This document shows, in pieces, positions 36,301 to 46,086 of a DNA stretch of 64,000 nucleotides (its first letter is position 1; each line of letters begins with the position of its first letter). The stretch lies in the NCBI GenBank assembly GCA_003331635.1, contig QOPH01000002.1, positions 210,412 to 274,411 of the forward strand. The letters are read 5' to 3'. Both the position numbers and the translations under genes were made by a program. The notes beneath the pieces were generated by a model, which saw only the letters and a program-made list of their open reading frames with translations, was not told the DNA's origin and did not search any database. This DNA is from SAR86 cluster bacterium (GTDB lineage Bacteria > Pseudomonadota > Gammaproteobacteria > Magnimaribacterales > TMED112).

Positions 36301-37081
36301 ATTTCTTATTTACCCTCTAATAGGTATAGTTGCCGGTTTTTTAGCTGGTTTTTTTGGGGTTGGTGGAGGTTTAGTAATTGTTCCATCATTGCATTTCCTC
36401 TACTCCACAATGGGTTACTCTGATGAAATTAGTATCCCTCTCTCTTTAGGTACAGCATTAGCTTGTATTGTAATTAATTCACTTTCGGCAATAAGTGTGC
36501 ATTTGAAAAATAAAACTATTTTGTGGGAAAGCTTTCTTAAAATATTCTTTGGTCTGGTTATAGGTTCTTTGTTTGGAGCATTAATTTCAACTAATGCTGA
36601 CAAAGAAGTTTTTAAGAAAGTTTTTGCTTTGTTCATCTTTCTGGTATCTATGAGAATGTTTTTTAAAATTAAAGATTCTGAAAAAGATACACAAATTAAT
36701 ATTTTTATTGCTGCACCTTACGGAGGAGCAGTTGGACTAGTTTCGACAATGTTTGCTGTAGGAGGAGGAATCTTTATTGGCCCTTTTTTAAGGCTTATAG
36801 GGAAAAAAATGAAAAATGCAGTAGCAACATCTGTGGCCCTTACACTACCAGTTGGTATTTTTGGTTCAATTTCATATGTTCTTTTAGGTTTAGATGCTAA
36901 AGGCCTTCCAGATTTTTCTTTTGGTTATGTTAATTTATTAAGTTTGTTTGCAATAGCAATCTTTAGTTCCTTTGCTTCAAGATTTGGAGCCAAAATGACT
37001 CAAAAAGTTGATGATAAAATTTTTCAGAGGTTGTATGCTTTTCAACTAGTCCCTATTTTTATTTATTGGGTATTAGCTTAA
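36290..37081 (+). CDS. TauE/SafE (TSUP) family anion exporter
   Basis: 263 aa and polytopic. It has internally repeated GVGGGLVIVP and AVGGGIFIGP motifs. Confidence 0.8.
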   Translation: MMIEFLIYPLIGIVAGFLAGFFGVGGGLVIVPSLHFLYSTMGYSDEISIPLSLGTALACIVINSLSAISVHLKNKTILWESFLKIFFGLVIGSLFGALISTNADKEVFKKVFALFIFLVSMRMFFKIKDSEKDTQINIFIAAPYGGAVGLVSTMFAVGGGIFIGPFLRLIGKKMKNAVATSVALTLPVGIFGSISYVLLGLDAKGLPDFSFGYVNLLSLFAIAIFSSFASRFGAKMTQKVDDKIFQRLYAFQLVPIFIYWVLA

Positions 37082-37914
37082 TGATTAATTATCCTGATAT
37101 AAATCCAGTAGCAATTTCAATTCCATTTTCGGGATTTTGGGGCAATTCAATAGATATACATTGGTATGCTTTGGCATATGTCTTTGGAGCTTACTTAATT
37201 TATTTTCATATGCTTAGAACTAGAAAAAAGTTTGGCATTAACCTAGATAATGAAAAGGTATCAGATTTAGTTATTACTTACGGCCTTTTTTTTGGTGCTG
37301 TTATTGGCGGAAGATTGGGCCATGTGTTGTTCTATGATTTTCATCTTCAATTGCAAGATCCAATTTATTTTTTAAAAATTTGGGAAGGAGGTATGTCCTT
37401 TCACGGTGGTTTAATTGGGGTTATGATGGCAATCTACTTTTTTGCAAAATCTAATGGATATAAATTTTTTCAAATATCAGATTGGATATGTGTTTCAGTC
37501 CCAATAGCACTTTTTTTAGGAAGGATAGCTAACTTTATAAATGCTGAGCTTTACGGTCGTCCCACTGATGTATCTTGGGGAATGGTTTTCCCCTCCGATC
37601 CTGATCAGCTTGTTCGTCATCCTTCTCAGATCTATGAAGCTATATTAGAGGGATTTTTATTATTTTTAATTCTAAATTTTGTTATTAAAAGTAAAAAAAT
37701 TGGAACCTATTCAGCTTTCTTTTTGATTGGCTATGCCGTGGCTAGATCTATTGCGGAAATATTTAAACAACCAGATTATGTATGGGGAGAAGAATTTTTA
37801 CTCTTAAGTTTCATAACACAAGGCCAATTATTATCTATTCCTATGTTAATATTAGGACTCATAGTTCTTTACAGAAATAATGAATCAATATCTAGATTTA
37901 CTAAAAAAAGTTAG
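37081..37914 (+). CDS. lgt: prolipoprotein diacylglyceryl transferase
   Basis: Trimmed to the ATG at 37081 (TAATG overlap with the upstream stop). Motifs seen: [28 protein letters not shown] and [14 protein letters not shown]. Confidence 0.9.
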   Translation: MINYPDINPVAISIPFSGFWGNSIDIHWYALAYVFGAYLIYFHMLRTRKKFGINLDNEKVSDLVITYGLFFGAVIGGRLGHVLFYDFHLQLQDPIYFLKIWEGGMSFHGGLIGVMMAIYFFAKSNGYKFFQISDWICVSVPIALFLGRIANFINAELYGRPTDVSWGMVFPSDPDQLVRHPSQIYEAILEGFLLFLILNFVIKSKKIGTYSAFFLIGYAVARSIAEIFKQPDYVWGEEFLLLSFITQGQLLSIPMLILGLIVLYRNNESISRFTKKS

Positions 37915-38668
37915 ACAAGAGGGAAAGGAGAAAGGTGACAGAACAGGCACTGGAACCATATCGGTTTTTGGATACCAAATGAGATATGATCTATCTCAAA
38001 ACTTCCCGTTACTTACAACCAAAAAAGTTCATTTTAAGTCTATGGCCTATGAACTTTTATGGTTTTTAAAGGGCGATACAAATATTAGTTATCTTAAAGA
38101 TAATGGAGTTTCCATTTGGGATGAATGGGCTGATGATAATGGTGATTTAGGTCCTGTCTACGGTAAGCAGTGGAGAAAATGGGAAGGTCTGAATGGCGCT
38201 CATGATCAAATCAAACAAGTGATAGAAAAAATAAAATCTAACCCTAACAGCAGAAGACATATTGTGAGTGCATGGAATGTAAGTGATATACAGAGCATGG
38301 CTTTAGCTCCCTGTCATATATTATTTCAATTTTATGTTGTTGAAGGAAAGCTATCTTGCCAACTTTATCAAAGAAGTGCTGATATTTTCTTGGGAGTTCC
38401 GTTTAATATTGCATCATATGCATTGCTTACACATATGGTTGCTAAAGTATGTAATCTTGAAGTAGGAGAATTTATCCATACTCTAGGCGATGCTCATTTG
38501 TATAAGAATCATTTTGAACAAGCAGATGAACAGCTATCAAGAACGCCTCTCACACCACCGCAAATAAAAATTAAACCAAGAAATAATATTGATGATTTTG
38601 TTTATGAAGACTTTGAACTTATAAATTATGAACATCATCCTCATATAGCTGCAAAAGTTGCAGTATGA
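37880..38668 (+). CDS. thyA: thymidylate synthase (ThyA)
   Basis: 262 aa. Motifs seen: [11 protein letters not shown]...DRTGTGT, the nucleophile region [12 protein letters not shown], and [17 protein letters not shown]. Confidence 0.95.
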   Translation: MNQYLDLLKKVRQEGKEKGDRTGTGTISVFGYQMRYDLSQNFPLLTTKKVHFKSMAYELLWFLKGDTNISYLKDNGVSIWDEWADDNGDLGPVYGKQWRKWEGLNGAHDQIKQVIEKIKSNPNSRRHIVSAWNVSDIQSMALAPCHILFQFYVVEGKLSCQLYQRSADIFLGVPFNIASYALLTHMVAKVCNLEVGEFIHTLGDAHLYKNHFEQADEQLSRTPLTPPQIKIKPRNNIDDFVYEDFELINYEHHPHIAAKVAV

Positions 38669-39168
38669 TTATTTCAATTCTCGTTGCTATGAATGAAGAT
38701 CTCCTTATAGGGGTAAATAATGATTTGCCATGGAAATTACAAGATGATCTGGAACACTTTAAAAATTATTCGCTTAATAAACCAATAATTATGGGTAGAA
38801 AGACATTTGAATCAATCGGAAGGCCATTGCCAAATAGAAAAAATATTGTTGTTTCTTCATCAATGATAAAACAAGACGGTATTAAGGTTTTCAACAATCT
38901 AAATGACGCTATAGCTTTTTCTAAAAAATATAACGAAGAAAATAATATTGATGAGATTATTTTAATTGGGGGTGCCAAAGTCTTTGCTGAAGGCCTTAAG
39001 GAAACTACAAAACTTGTCATCAGTTGGGTAGATGCTAGCAGCATTAAAGGAGATGTTTACTTTCCTGAATTTAATATACACGAATGGAAGGAAGTTAATT
39101 CAAAAAAATTTTTTAAATCAGAAAAAAATCAGTATGATTTTGAAATTAAAGAATATTTAAGAAAGTGA
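38665..39168 (+). CDS. folA: dihydrofolate reductase
   Basis: 167 aa with [32 protein letters not shown] and LIGGAKVF. Confidence 0.9.
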   Translation: MIISILVAMNEDLLIGVNNDLPWKLQDDLEHFKNYSLNKPIIMGRKTFESIGRPLPNRKNIVVSSSMIKQDGIKVFNNLNDAIAFSKKYNEENNIDEIILIGGAKVFAEGLKETTKLVISWVDASSIKGDVYFPEFNIHEWKEVNSKKFFKSEKNQYDFEIKEYLRK

Positions 39169-40731
39169 TTCTTTTCTTAATTCTAGATTTCTAACTCTTT
39201 CTTGTTCCGCATCAGTATAACGCAGCCAAGCCTTAGCAGATTTCTTTACACTTTCTTTGTCACTTTCTCTTATTTGCTTAAATATCTCTCTTGCCTCATC
39301 AAATCTTTGTAGTTCAAAATATGCTTGACCCAAAGTAAGCTGTGCAAAATCTACGTTTTTAAGATTCCCTTTTTTAATTCCTTTATTAATTGCCTCAACA
39401 GCTTTATCAATTCTATTCTGTTGATAATGTAGGTTTCCAATAGCTATAAAAGCTTCACCATCATCGGTAATTTTTGCTAAATTTTCATAAACTTCAATAG
39501 CAGCATCTCGCTCTTTTGCTGCTCTTAGTGCTTGAGCTAAAATAGTTAAATTTCTTTTATCCTCCTCTAAAAAAGGCTTATCTTCAGGATCGTTTGCCAT
39601 ATCAGTTCCAGGTCTTACAAAGCCAGGTCCATAAACATCTAAACAGACCACCTCTTCGATAAAATTGCCCCTTCTATCTTTCTTAAATTCACCATTTTCA
39701 TCTAACACCTTTCCAATAGCACAATCCTGTTCAACTACTACAGTCCCCTCAACTGATGTTAGGCCAGTTAAAATTACTTCTGCTCCCCAATATGGATTGT
39801 CGGAGCCAATTAACATTTGAGCTAATGATTGAAATTCACCTGGTTTGTTAAGAAGCTGCTTAGTATATGCAGTTTTAAGCAAATAAATGTAATCCTCTAC
39901 TCTATCTAAGTCATTATATAAACCTGCTAAGTTGATGAAATATTTCTTCTTAGGATACAGCTCTAGTGCTTCCTCATAAAAAGGCACCTGCTCATATCGA
40001 AGACCAAGATCGGTATGTGTGGCAAACAATATATTGAACCAATTTTCTCTAAATGTAATGCCAGTTTCATCAGCTAGACGTTTAGCCTCCATGATTACGT
40101 TAAATGATTTTTGAGTATCCCCTTTTATGTAATATGCTTGAGATAAGAATACATAAGCTTGAGGAGTTGGCTCAGGAGTTGTTTTAAACCATATTTTTAA
40201 ATATCTAATTCCACCATCAACGTCTTCTTCAGATAAGGCTAACTGCGCTAAAGTATAATAAGCTGCAAGTTTAATTTGTGGAGTTGCATCTTCCTCTTTA
40301 ACTAATTTTAAATAGTTACTTCTTGCAGCTGACATATTATCGTTATAAGCAAGATTTAGATAAGCTTGATAATACCAAACCATAGATCTGTCATAACTTT
40401 TCATATCAGCTAAACCTTTCTTTAAAACGTCAACTTCTTGTTGTGCAATTTTTACAAATTTCGCAATATCTTTATCGAGTGCTTTTGCTTGCTCTTCTTT
40501 TTTCTCTTTTCGTAAAATTGTTTGAGCTTCCTCGTATTGTCCAGCTAAATCTAAATTTTCAACTACTTTTGTAACCCTTCTTGCAACAGACGTTGCTAGA
40601 ACTTTTGATCTTCTAACTTGCATCTTTCTTTTTTCTTTCTCACTTGCCAGTTCTGGTAGACCATCAACTTCATCAGCATAAAAATCAAAAGAAAATGCGA
40701 AAATAATTAATAAAAGTAACCTGCTAAACAT
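39157..40731 (-). CDS. periplasmic TPR-repeat protein of TonB2-type cluster (TtpD-like)
   Basis: 524 aa with a signal peptide and multiple TPR-like repeats. It is the last gene of the cluster, and its start overlaps the tonB stop by 1 nt. Confidence 0.7.
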   Translation of the reverse strand: MFSRLLLLIIFAFSFDFYADEVDGLPELASEKEKRKMQVRRSKVLATSVARRVTKVVENLDLAGQYEEAQTILRKEKKEEQAKALDKDIAKFVKIAQQEVDVLKKGLADMKSYDRSMVWYYQAYLNLAYNDNMSAARSNYLKLVKEEDATPQIKLAAYYTLAQLALSEEDVDGGIRYLKIWFKTTPEPTPQAYVFLSQAYYIKGDTQKSFNVIMEAKRLADETGITFRENWFNILFATHTDLGLRYEQVPFYEEALELYPKKKYFINLAGLYNDLDRVEDYIYLLKTAYTKQLLNKPGEFQSLAQMLIGSDNPYWGAEVILTGLTSVEGTVVVEQDCAIGKVLDENGEFKKDRRGNFIEEVVCLDVYGPGFVRPGTDMANDPEDKPFLEEDKRNLTILAQALRAAKERDAAIEVYENLAKITDDGEAFIAIGNLHYQQNRIDKAVEAINKGIKKGNLKNVDFAQLTLGQAYFELQRFDEAREIFKQIRESDKESVKKSAKAWLRYTDAEQERVRNLELRKESLS

Positions 40732-41399
40732 TAAGCTTCATCCTCCAATTCAAAAGTAAATTTATGAGGGACATCATCGACTGCAACAGCTCTGCCATCC
40801 CTCACTGTTGGTTTATATTTTAACTTACTTGCTGCTCTCATGGCAGCACTATTGAACATTGAACATTCTCTAAAATCACCATCACGATTGTTTGCAGATC
40901 GACATTTGCCCTCCATTATATATGGGTTTTCTATAGTGCCTGATTCTGTAATTGTGAAAGCTAAAATAACATATCCTTCTGTTCCTCTTTCTTGTGCTCT
41001 TCTAGGATAAACAGGCTGAACCTTAAAAAGAGGAATATATTCACCGTCTCTAAACAGTGTCCCTGAACCTGAATTAAAATTGATTTGAGGTTTAGTTGAG
41101 ACAGCAGAAATTGCTAGTGGCTCAACATCCATTTGAGGAGGAGCTATATCAGGCGGTGCAACTTCTGGATCCTCTGGTGGCTCCATTAATTCTTCAAGCA
41201 AAGTATCTATTTCTCTATCAGGCATAATTACATCTGTAATTTTCCTACCTTTAACAATATCCCCAGCGTCGCCGGTGTAAATAAGTGCAACCATAAAAAG
41301 AAATAAGAAGAATCCAATAAATGGAGCGCCCGCAATGAAAAGGTGTTTTTTTGTTAGATAGATTCCGTATTTTTCTAATTCTGCAACTAGACTAGTCAT
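40731..41399 (-). CDS. tonB: energy transducer TonB
   Basis: 222 aa with an N-terminal TM anchor and the Pro/Glu-rich spacer EPPEDPEVAPPDIAPPQ. The TonB C-terminal domain is YPRRAQERGTEGYVILAFTITESG...LKYKP. Confidence 0.85.
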   Translation of the reverse strand: MTSLVAELEKYGIYLTKKHLFIAGAPFIGFFLFLFMVALIYTGDAGDIVKGRKITDVIMPDREIDTLLEELMEPPEDPEVAPPDIAPPQMDVEPLAISAVSTKPQINFNSGSGTLFRDGEYIPLFKVQPVYPRRAQERGTEGYVILAFTITESGTIENPYIMEGKCRSANNRDGDFRECSMFNSAAMRAASKLKYKPTVRDGRAVAVDDVPHKFTFELEDEA

Positions 41400-41405
41400 A
41401 ATTTA

Positions 41406-41816
41406 TTACTTTGGATCAGCAGCTAAAGATATATCATAGACACCCGCATCTCGAGCCCCATCCATAGCTTTAATAATGGCATCTGCACTAGCTTCTTCAT
41501 CAGCTTGTATAACAACAGTGCCTTGTGGATTATCTGCCAACAATTTAATTACATTTGCTTTTACTTGCCTCACGTCAATTCTTCTACCGTCCATATATAT
41601 TTCATCATTAGAGCCGATAGCTATAAGAATTGCAGCGTTTTCTTGTATTTCTGATGTATCTGAATCAGGCCTGTTTACTTCAAGACCTGGTTCTTTAATA
41701 AAGTTTGCAGTCACAATAAAGAATATAAGCATAATGAAAACTACATCTAACATTGGTGTTAAATTAATTTCGCTTTCTTCTTCTCTAGCAGCTGCTGATA
41801 TTGCGCTTCTTCTCAT
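41406..41816 (-). CDS. exbD: biopolymer transport protein ExbD
   Basis: 136 aa with INLTPMLDVVFIMLIFFIV and a periplasmic ExbD/TolR domain. Confidence 0.9.
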   Translation of the reverse strand: MRRSAISAAAREEESEINLTPMLDVVFIMLIFFIVTANFIKEPGLEVNRPDSDTSEIQENAAILIAIGSNDEIYMDGRRIDVRQVKANVIKLLADNPQGTVVIQADEEASADAIIKAMDGARDAGVYDISLAADPK

Positions 41817-42380
41817 TTAACTTACTCCTTTTTCAATATTATGAGTTACATACTCACCCATAAGCAACTCATTTTCTTCAACCTTATTTTTTAACCATAT
41901 CATTACTAAAACACCTGACAACGCAGAAACCATTCCAGCCATAGTTGGAAGTGTTGCTTTTGAGACACCTCCAGCCATTGATCTTGCATCACCACCACCA
42001 GTGAATGCCATAATTTGAAAAACCTCAATCATTCCTGTAACAGTTCCCATAAGACCAAACAAAGGACATAAAGCAATACAAACTTGTATTAACTGCATGT
42101 TTTTATTAATAGAAATCTTACCTTCAGAAATTAATCTAGTTTTGATTTGGAATTTATGCCAAGGAGATTTGAAATTCATAGCTAGATATTTCTTTTGAAT
42201 TCCGTTTGCTATCTCATCATGAACAAAAAGAAAATAATAAACTCTCTCAAGAATTAAGGCCCACATAAAAGTAACAAGTAAGGCTATGTACCATAAGACC
42301 GTGCCACCTGATTCCATAAAATCACGTAGAGCTATATAAACTTCAGAGAGCCAGTACATTTTACTTTGCTTTTTCTGCAA
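41817..42380 (-). CDS. exbB: MotA/TolQ/ExbB proton-channel protein
   Basis: 187 aa with three TM helices and the conserved GLMGTVTGMIEVF region. Confidence 0.85.
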   Translation of the reverse strand: MQKKQSKMYWLSEVYIALRDFMESGGTVLWYIALLVTFMWALILERVYYFLFVHDEIANGIQKKYLAMNFKSPWHKFQIKTRLISEGKISINKNMQLIQVCIALCPLFGLMGTVTGMIEVFQIMAFTGGGDARSMAGGVSKATLPTMAGMVSALSGVLVMIWLKNKVEENELLMGEYVTHNIEKGVS

Positions 42381-43737
42381 CCATACCAGTTGCTTGCTCT
42401 TCTAATACATCAACAACTGATCTGGCTGATGACTGTAAGAAAGAGTGGGCTAAAGTTGTAGGTATTGCCACAACTAATCCTAGTACTGTTGTTACAAGAG
42501 CTTGTGAAATACCGCCAGCCATAATCTTAGGATCACCAGTTCCGAACAAGGTGATCTGTTGGAAGGTAATAATCATACCTGTAACTGTACCTAACAGACC
42601 TGCTAATGGAGCAACGACTGAAACAATTTTTACGAAACTAATTCCCTGTTCGATTTTTGGTCGCTCTGCCATAATTTGCTCTGCTAATTTAAGCTCTAAT
42701 CTATCTATAGCGTCTTTCATATGCGCTTCTCCAACTTTTAAAACTCTGCCAAGAGGATTATTACCATATGAGCTTGATCCCATTTGTGCTACAACAGATC
42801 TATTTAACATAAAGAGTACAAAATATTTATATATAGCAAATGCCATGGTTATAGAACCAAGGCCAAGGATTATGTAACCAATTAATCCTCCCTGTTGGAT
42901 TCTTTCCCAGAGCGATGGATTCTGAATAAGGTTAGCTAATAATGCTCCACCTGAAGGACCACTTGGATCGACAGCAAAACTAGCATATCCACCACCAAGA
43001 CTTGAATTAGATATTCTACCTGCTGAACCAGTGTATCTACCTGCAGGCTGTCTAGCTAAAAATTGGTATTGTCCTTTTGAAGGCACATATTCTAAATATC
43101 TTTTTCCACATACTGCGTTGTATACACCTACCCTTACAACTTCACATTCTGATTGTGAACCGTCTACATTAATAACATTTGTTTTAAATTTTGATACAGA
43201 ACCAGTAGCAACCATTTCTTCTGTAATAAGAGACATTACTCTTTCAAGTTCAGAAATTGTTGGTAATTCAGTTGATTCACCCATTTTTCTTGTTAAATTA
43301 TCTAGGAAAACTTCACGTGCTTTACCAAACTCCGCTGCTGTTAAAGAAGACTCAAAAGTCACTCTTGAGTCTGTACTAATACTTGTTATGTGACCAAATA
43401 ATTCATTTAAAGAACCTAAAGCTTTTAGATAAACTTCTTCAGCAACTCTTAATAACTCCTGATTTTCTTTAAAAGTTTTATCTAATCTATCAGCAATTTC
43501 CTCTTGCCTAGCTAATTCTGCAAGCTCCTCGTTTAGTAATACTTGCTGTCTGTCTCTATTTGATAAAAATTCACTCTCTCGTTTTTGGTTTTCAGCTTTT
43601 TCTTTCGAACGACCTTCTCTAACAACTTCAAGAAGCTTATCCATATTGGTTGGCTGAGCCTCTTCATCACTTTGAGCAATACTTTGAAATGAGATTGATG
43701 AGAAAAGAAGTAATAAAATTATTCTAAAATTTTTCAT
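42361..43737 (-). CDS. MotA/TolQ/ExbB-family protein with large periplasmic N-terminal domain (TtpC-like)
   Basis: 458 aa with a signal peptide, about 270 aa of periplasmic/coiled-coil region, and an ExbB-like channel domain (GLLGTVTGMIITF). Confidence 0.8.
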   Translation of the reverse strand: MKNFRIILLLLFSSISFQSIAQSDEEAQPTNMDKLLEVVREGRSKEKAENQKRESEFLSNRDRQQVLLNEELAELARQEEIADRLDKTFKENQELLRVAEEVYLKALGSLNELFGHITSISTDSRVTFESSLTAAEFGKAREVFLDNLTRKMGESTELPTISELERVMSLITEEMVATGSVSKFKTNVINVDGSQSECEVVRVGVYNAVCGKRYLEYVPSKGQYQFLARQPAGRYTGSAGRISNSSLGGGYASFAVDPSGPSGGALLANLIQNPSLWERIQQGGLIGYIILGLGSITMAFAIYKYFVLFMLNRSVVAQMGSSSYGNNPLGRVLKVGEAHMKDAIDRLELKLAEQIMAERPKIEQGISFVKIVSVVAPLAGLLGTVTGMIITFQQITLFGTGDPKIMAGGISQALVTTVLGLVVAIPTTLAHSFLQSSARSVVDVLEEQATGMVAEKAK

Positions 43738-44486
43738 TACTCACCTCCTTCGTTTGTAACTTTAACTGGTAAGAAAAGTAAATCTAAAGGAGCTGTTTTA
43801 TTTGCCATTCTTATTCCATCTCTGACAGGAATTCTATAACCACTTACCTCTTCCCACTCTGTACCATTCCATACACCTGTTTCACTCTGATCCTTGAGTT
43901 GGTACATAAGAGCTAATCTTCCAATTCTCAGAATGTTTACAACCTTTTCTTCCCCGTCTAAAACAATACTATCTTCATATGTTTCAATGGTTCTGCCATA
44001 TTCTCTTTCTATATTGTAGGCTTCAAGCACTTGTCTTACATTCTCTGAGGCTGTAACTTTCGGGTTGTCGAAAGTAGCTAAGACTTGCGCGATTCTTTTA
44101 TTTCTTTCATCCATTAAAAAAGGTACATCATCGTTTATGAAAACAAGTAAATCTTCCAGGGCTGTTTTCATAACTGGTGGCACCTGTCTCTGCATTTTTT
44201 CAACTGCTATTGTCTGCTCATCAAGAAGGACAAGTCTCTCTTCTTGAGCTTTTATTTGTCTTCTTTTTTGGGCATTGTAGATTTTCAAACCCTCAACTTG
44301 TTTTACTGTTACTTTCCATTCAGCAAGAAGAGAATCTTTCTCTAATTGAAGATCATCAATTGTAACTTGTGACTGTTCTGATTCAGTGATTGTCTCACTA
44401 TTTTCATTTAAAATTTGTTCCAGTTCCGCATTATTTGCATGTGCAAATATGGAAAGCAGAACAAGGATGTATATGTATAATCTCAT
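43737..44486 (-). CDS. DUF3450-like periplasmic coiled-coil protein (first gene of TonB2-type cluster)
   Basis: 249 aa with a signal peptide and a long coiled-coil region. Its position and size match the first ORF of Vibrio-type TonB2 clusters. Confidence 0.65.
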   Translation of the reverse strand: MRLYIYILVLLSIFAHANNAELEQILNENSETITESEQSQVTIDDLQLEKDSLLAEWKVTVKQVEGLKIYNAQKRRQIKAQEERLVLLDEQTIAVEKMQRQVPPVMKTALEDLLVFINDDVPFLMDERNKRIAQVLATFDNPKVTASENVRQVLEAYNIEREYGRTIETYEDSIVLDGEEKVVNILRIGRLALMYQLKDQSETGVWNGTEWEEVSGYRIPVRDGIRMANKTAPLDLLFLPVKVTNEGGE

Positions 44487-44580
44487 ATTACTTACACTCC
44501 GTTAATTTACTTGGCTGTTAATAATAAAAATATAATCCAATAACTTCAACTTTTATAGCCAACTTATTTAATAAAGTCCT

Positions 44581-45477
44581 TTATTTAGCGATTTTTGGGA
44601 AAAAAATAGGCGTATTTCTTTTATACTCCTGATATTTCTCATTATTACCCCATTTTTTGTTAGCGCGAGCTTCAAGCATTCTTACGCCACTTACATAATA
44701 GATTAGCAAAAATGAGAACAAAGGAGAAATTAAAGAGCCGTACTGATAACCTGTTAAGACTGGTAAAGCCATAATTGAAATTCCAATCCATAACATTATC
44801 TCTCCGACATAGTTAGGATGTCTTGAAAGACTCCACAATCCTGTTGTAATAAATTTATCTTTATTTTTGGGATCAGATCTAAACTTAGTTTTTTGGTTGT
44901 CAGCCACAACTTCCACAGAAAATCCCATTACCCAAAAAATTAAACCTAAAGCTCCAAGCAAACCAAAATCTGCTTTATTAAGAGTAGTGATAGCTACAAG
45001 TGCTGTAAGTGACTGAATAAATACCCAAGTTGCAGAAAGCATCCATGTCATAAATAATTGAGAAAAATTTGGAAGGATTGATCTGAACCTTTTATCCTCT
45101 CCGTCTTTGAGAACTCTCCAAAATAAAAAACTTCCTAATCTAAATGTCCATATCATTACACATGCGAATATTAATATCGACCTTAATTCAAGATTTGAGC
45201 TTACTGCTAAATATTTAAGATAAAGTACAGAACTCAGTGTTAAAAAATATGTAAAAGACCCAGTTAGATCATAAAATTTTTCAGTTTGAAAAATATAAGA
45301 AGGGATGTAGAGAACAATATGAACTGCGAATGAAATGAACATTGCAATCATTACTAAGGATGTTTGGCCTTGGCCAATTGTATTCTCATCAACTAGTGAA
45401 CCGATTAAATAACAAAAAACAAAACATAAAATAGAAAAGAATATATTTCTGAAATGTCCTAAAAGTGCACTGCCCAT
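44581..45477 (-). CDS. DUF1295 / steroid 5-alpha-reductase-like membrane protein
   Basis: 298 aa and polytopic. The C-terminal motif GLWSLSRHPNYVGEIMLWIG is typical of the DUF1295/ICMT-like fold. Confidence 0.75.
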   Translation of the reverse strand: MGSALLGHFRNIFFSILCFVFCYLIGSLVDENTIGQGQTSLVMIAMFISFAVHIVLYIPSYIFQTEKFYDLTGSFTYFLTLSSVLYLKYLAVSSNLELRSILIFACVMIWTFRLGSFLFWRVLKDGEDKRFRSILPNFSQLFMTWMLSATWVFIQSLTALVAITTLNKADFGLLGALGLIFWVMGFSVEVVADNQKTKFRSDPKNKDKFITTGLWSLSRHPNYVGEIMLWIGISIMALPVLTGYQYGSLISPLFSFLLIYYVSGVRMLEARANKKWGNNEKYQEYKRNTPIFFPKIAK

Positions 45478-45519
45478 AACTGATTACTTCTGCCTTATAA
45501 TACATAATTATCATAAAGT

Positions 45520-46086
45520 ATGAAATTTACAACGAATCAATTAAAACAAGGTCTAAAAATTTTAATTGATGGAGAGCCGTGTTCAGTAATATCTCACGAA
45601 TTTCACAAACCTGGAAAGGGACAAGCAGTTGTAAGAACAAAATTATATAACCTAAGAACTGAAAAGGTTTGGGAAAGAACATTTAAATCAGGAGAAACAA
45701 TAGAAAGTGCTGATATTTCTGAAAAAAGTTTTCAATTTTTATATAAAGAAGGACAAACCTATATTTTCATGAACTCAGATACTTTTGATCAAATTGAAAT
45801 TGACTCCACTATTCTTGGCTCTGTAAGTGATTGGCTTGATGGTGAGGAAGAATGCAAAATTTTATTTTGGAACGATTCAGTTTTAAGAGTTGAGCCTCCA
45901 ACTTTTGTTTTTAAAGATATTATTGATACTGAGCCTGGGTTGAAAGGTGATACAGTTTCGAATACTTTAAAGCCTGCAAAGATAGTGAGTGGTAAAGAGA
46001 TTCAAGTTCCAATTTTTATAAATATTGGTGACACTATAAAAATTGATACAAGAGACGGAAGTTATGTATCACGTAATAATGAATAA
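45520..46086 (+). CDS. efp: elongation factor P
   Basis: 188 aa with the KPGKGQA loop carrying the modifiable Lys and a three-domain length. Confidence 0.95.
   Translation: MKFTTNQLKQGLKILIDGEPCSVISHEFHKPGKGQAVVRTKLYNLRTEKVWERTFKSGETIESADISEKSFQFLYKEGQTYIFMNSDTFDQIEIDSTILGSVSDWLDGEEECKILFWNDSVLRVEPPTFVFKDIIDTEPGLKGDTVSNTLKPAKIVSGKEIQVPIFINIGDTIKIDTRDGSYVSRNNE

Noticed and set aside
41476-44365. Plus-strand ORFs antisense to the TonB2 cluster (41476..41820, 42551..42877, 43031..43393, 44065..44365).
   Set aside because: Each is fully nested opposite a strongly supported gene. No motifs are present. I treat them as shadow ORFs.
44487-44580. A Fur box upstream of the TonB2-type cluster (GTTAATAATAAAAATATAA region).
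   Set aside because: It matches the 19-bp Fur consensus at only about 11 of 19 positions. At about 70% AT that is expected by chance, and there is no clear dyad symmetry.
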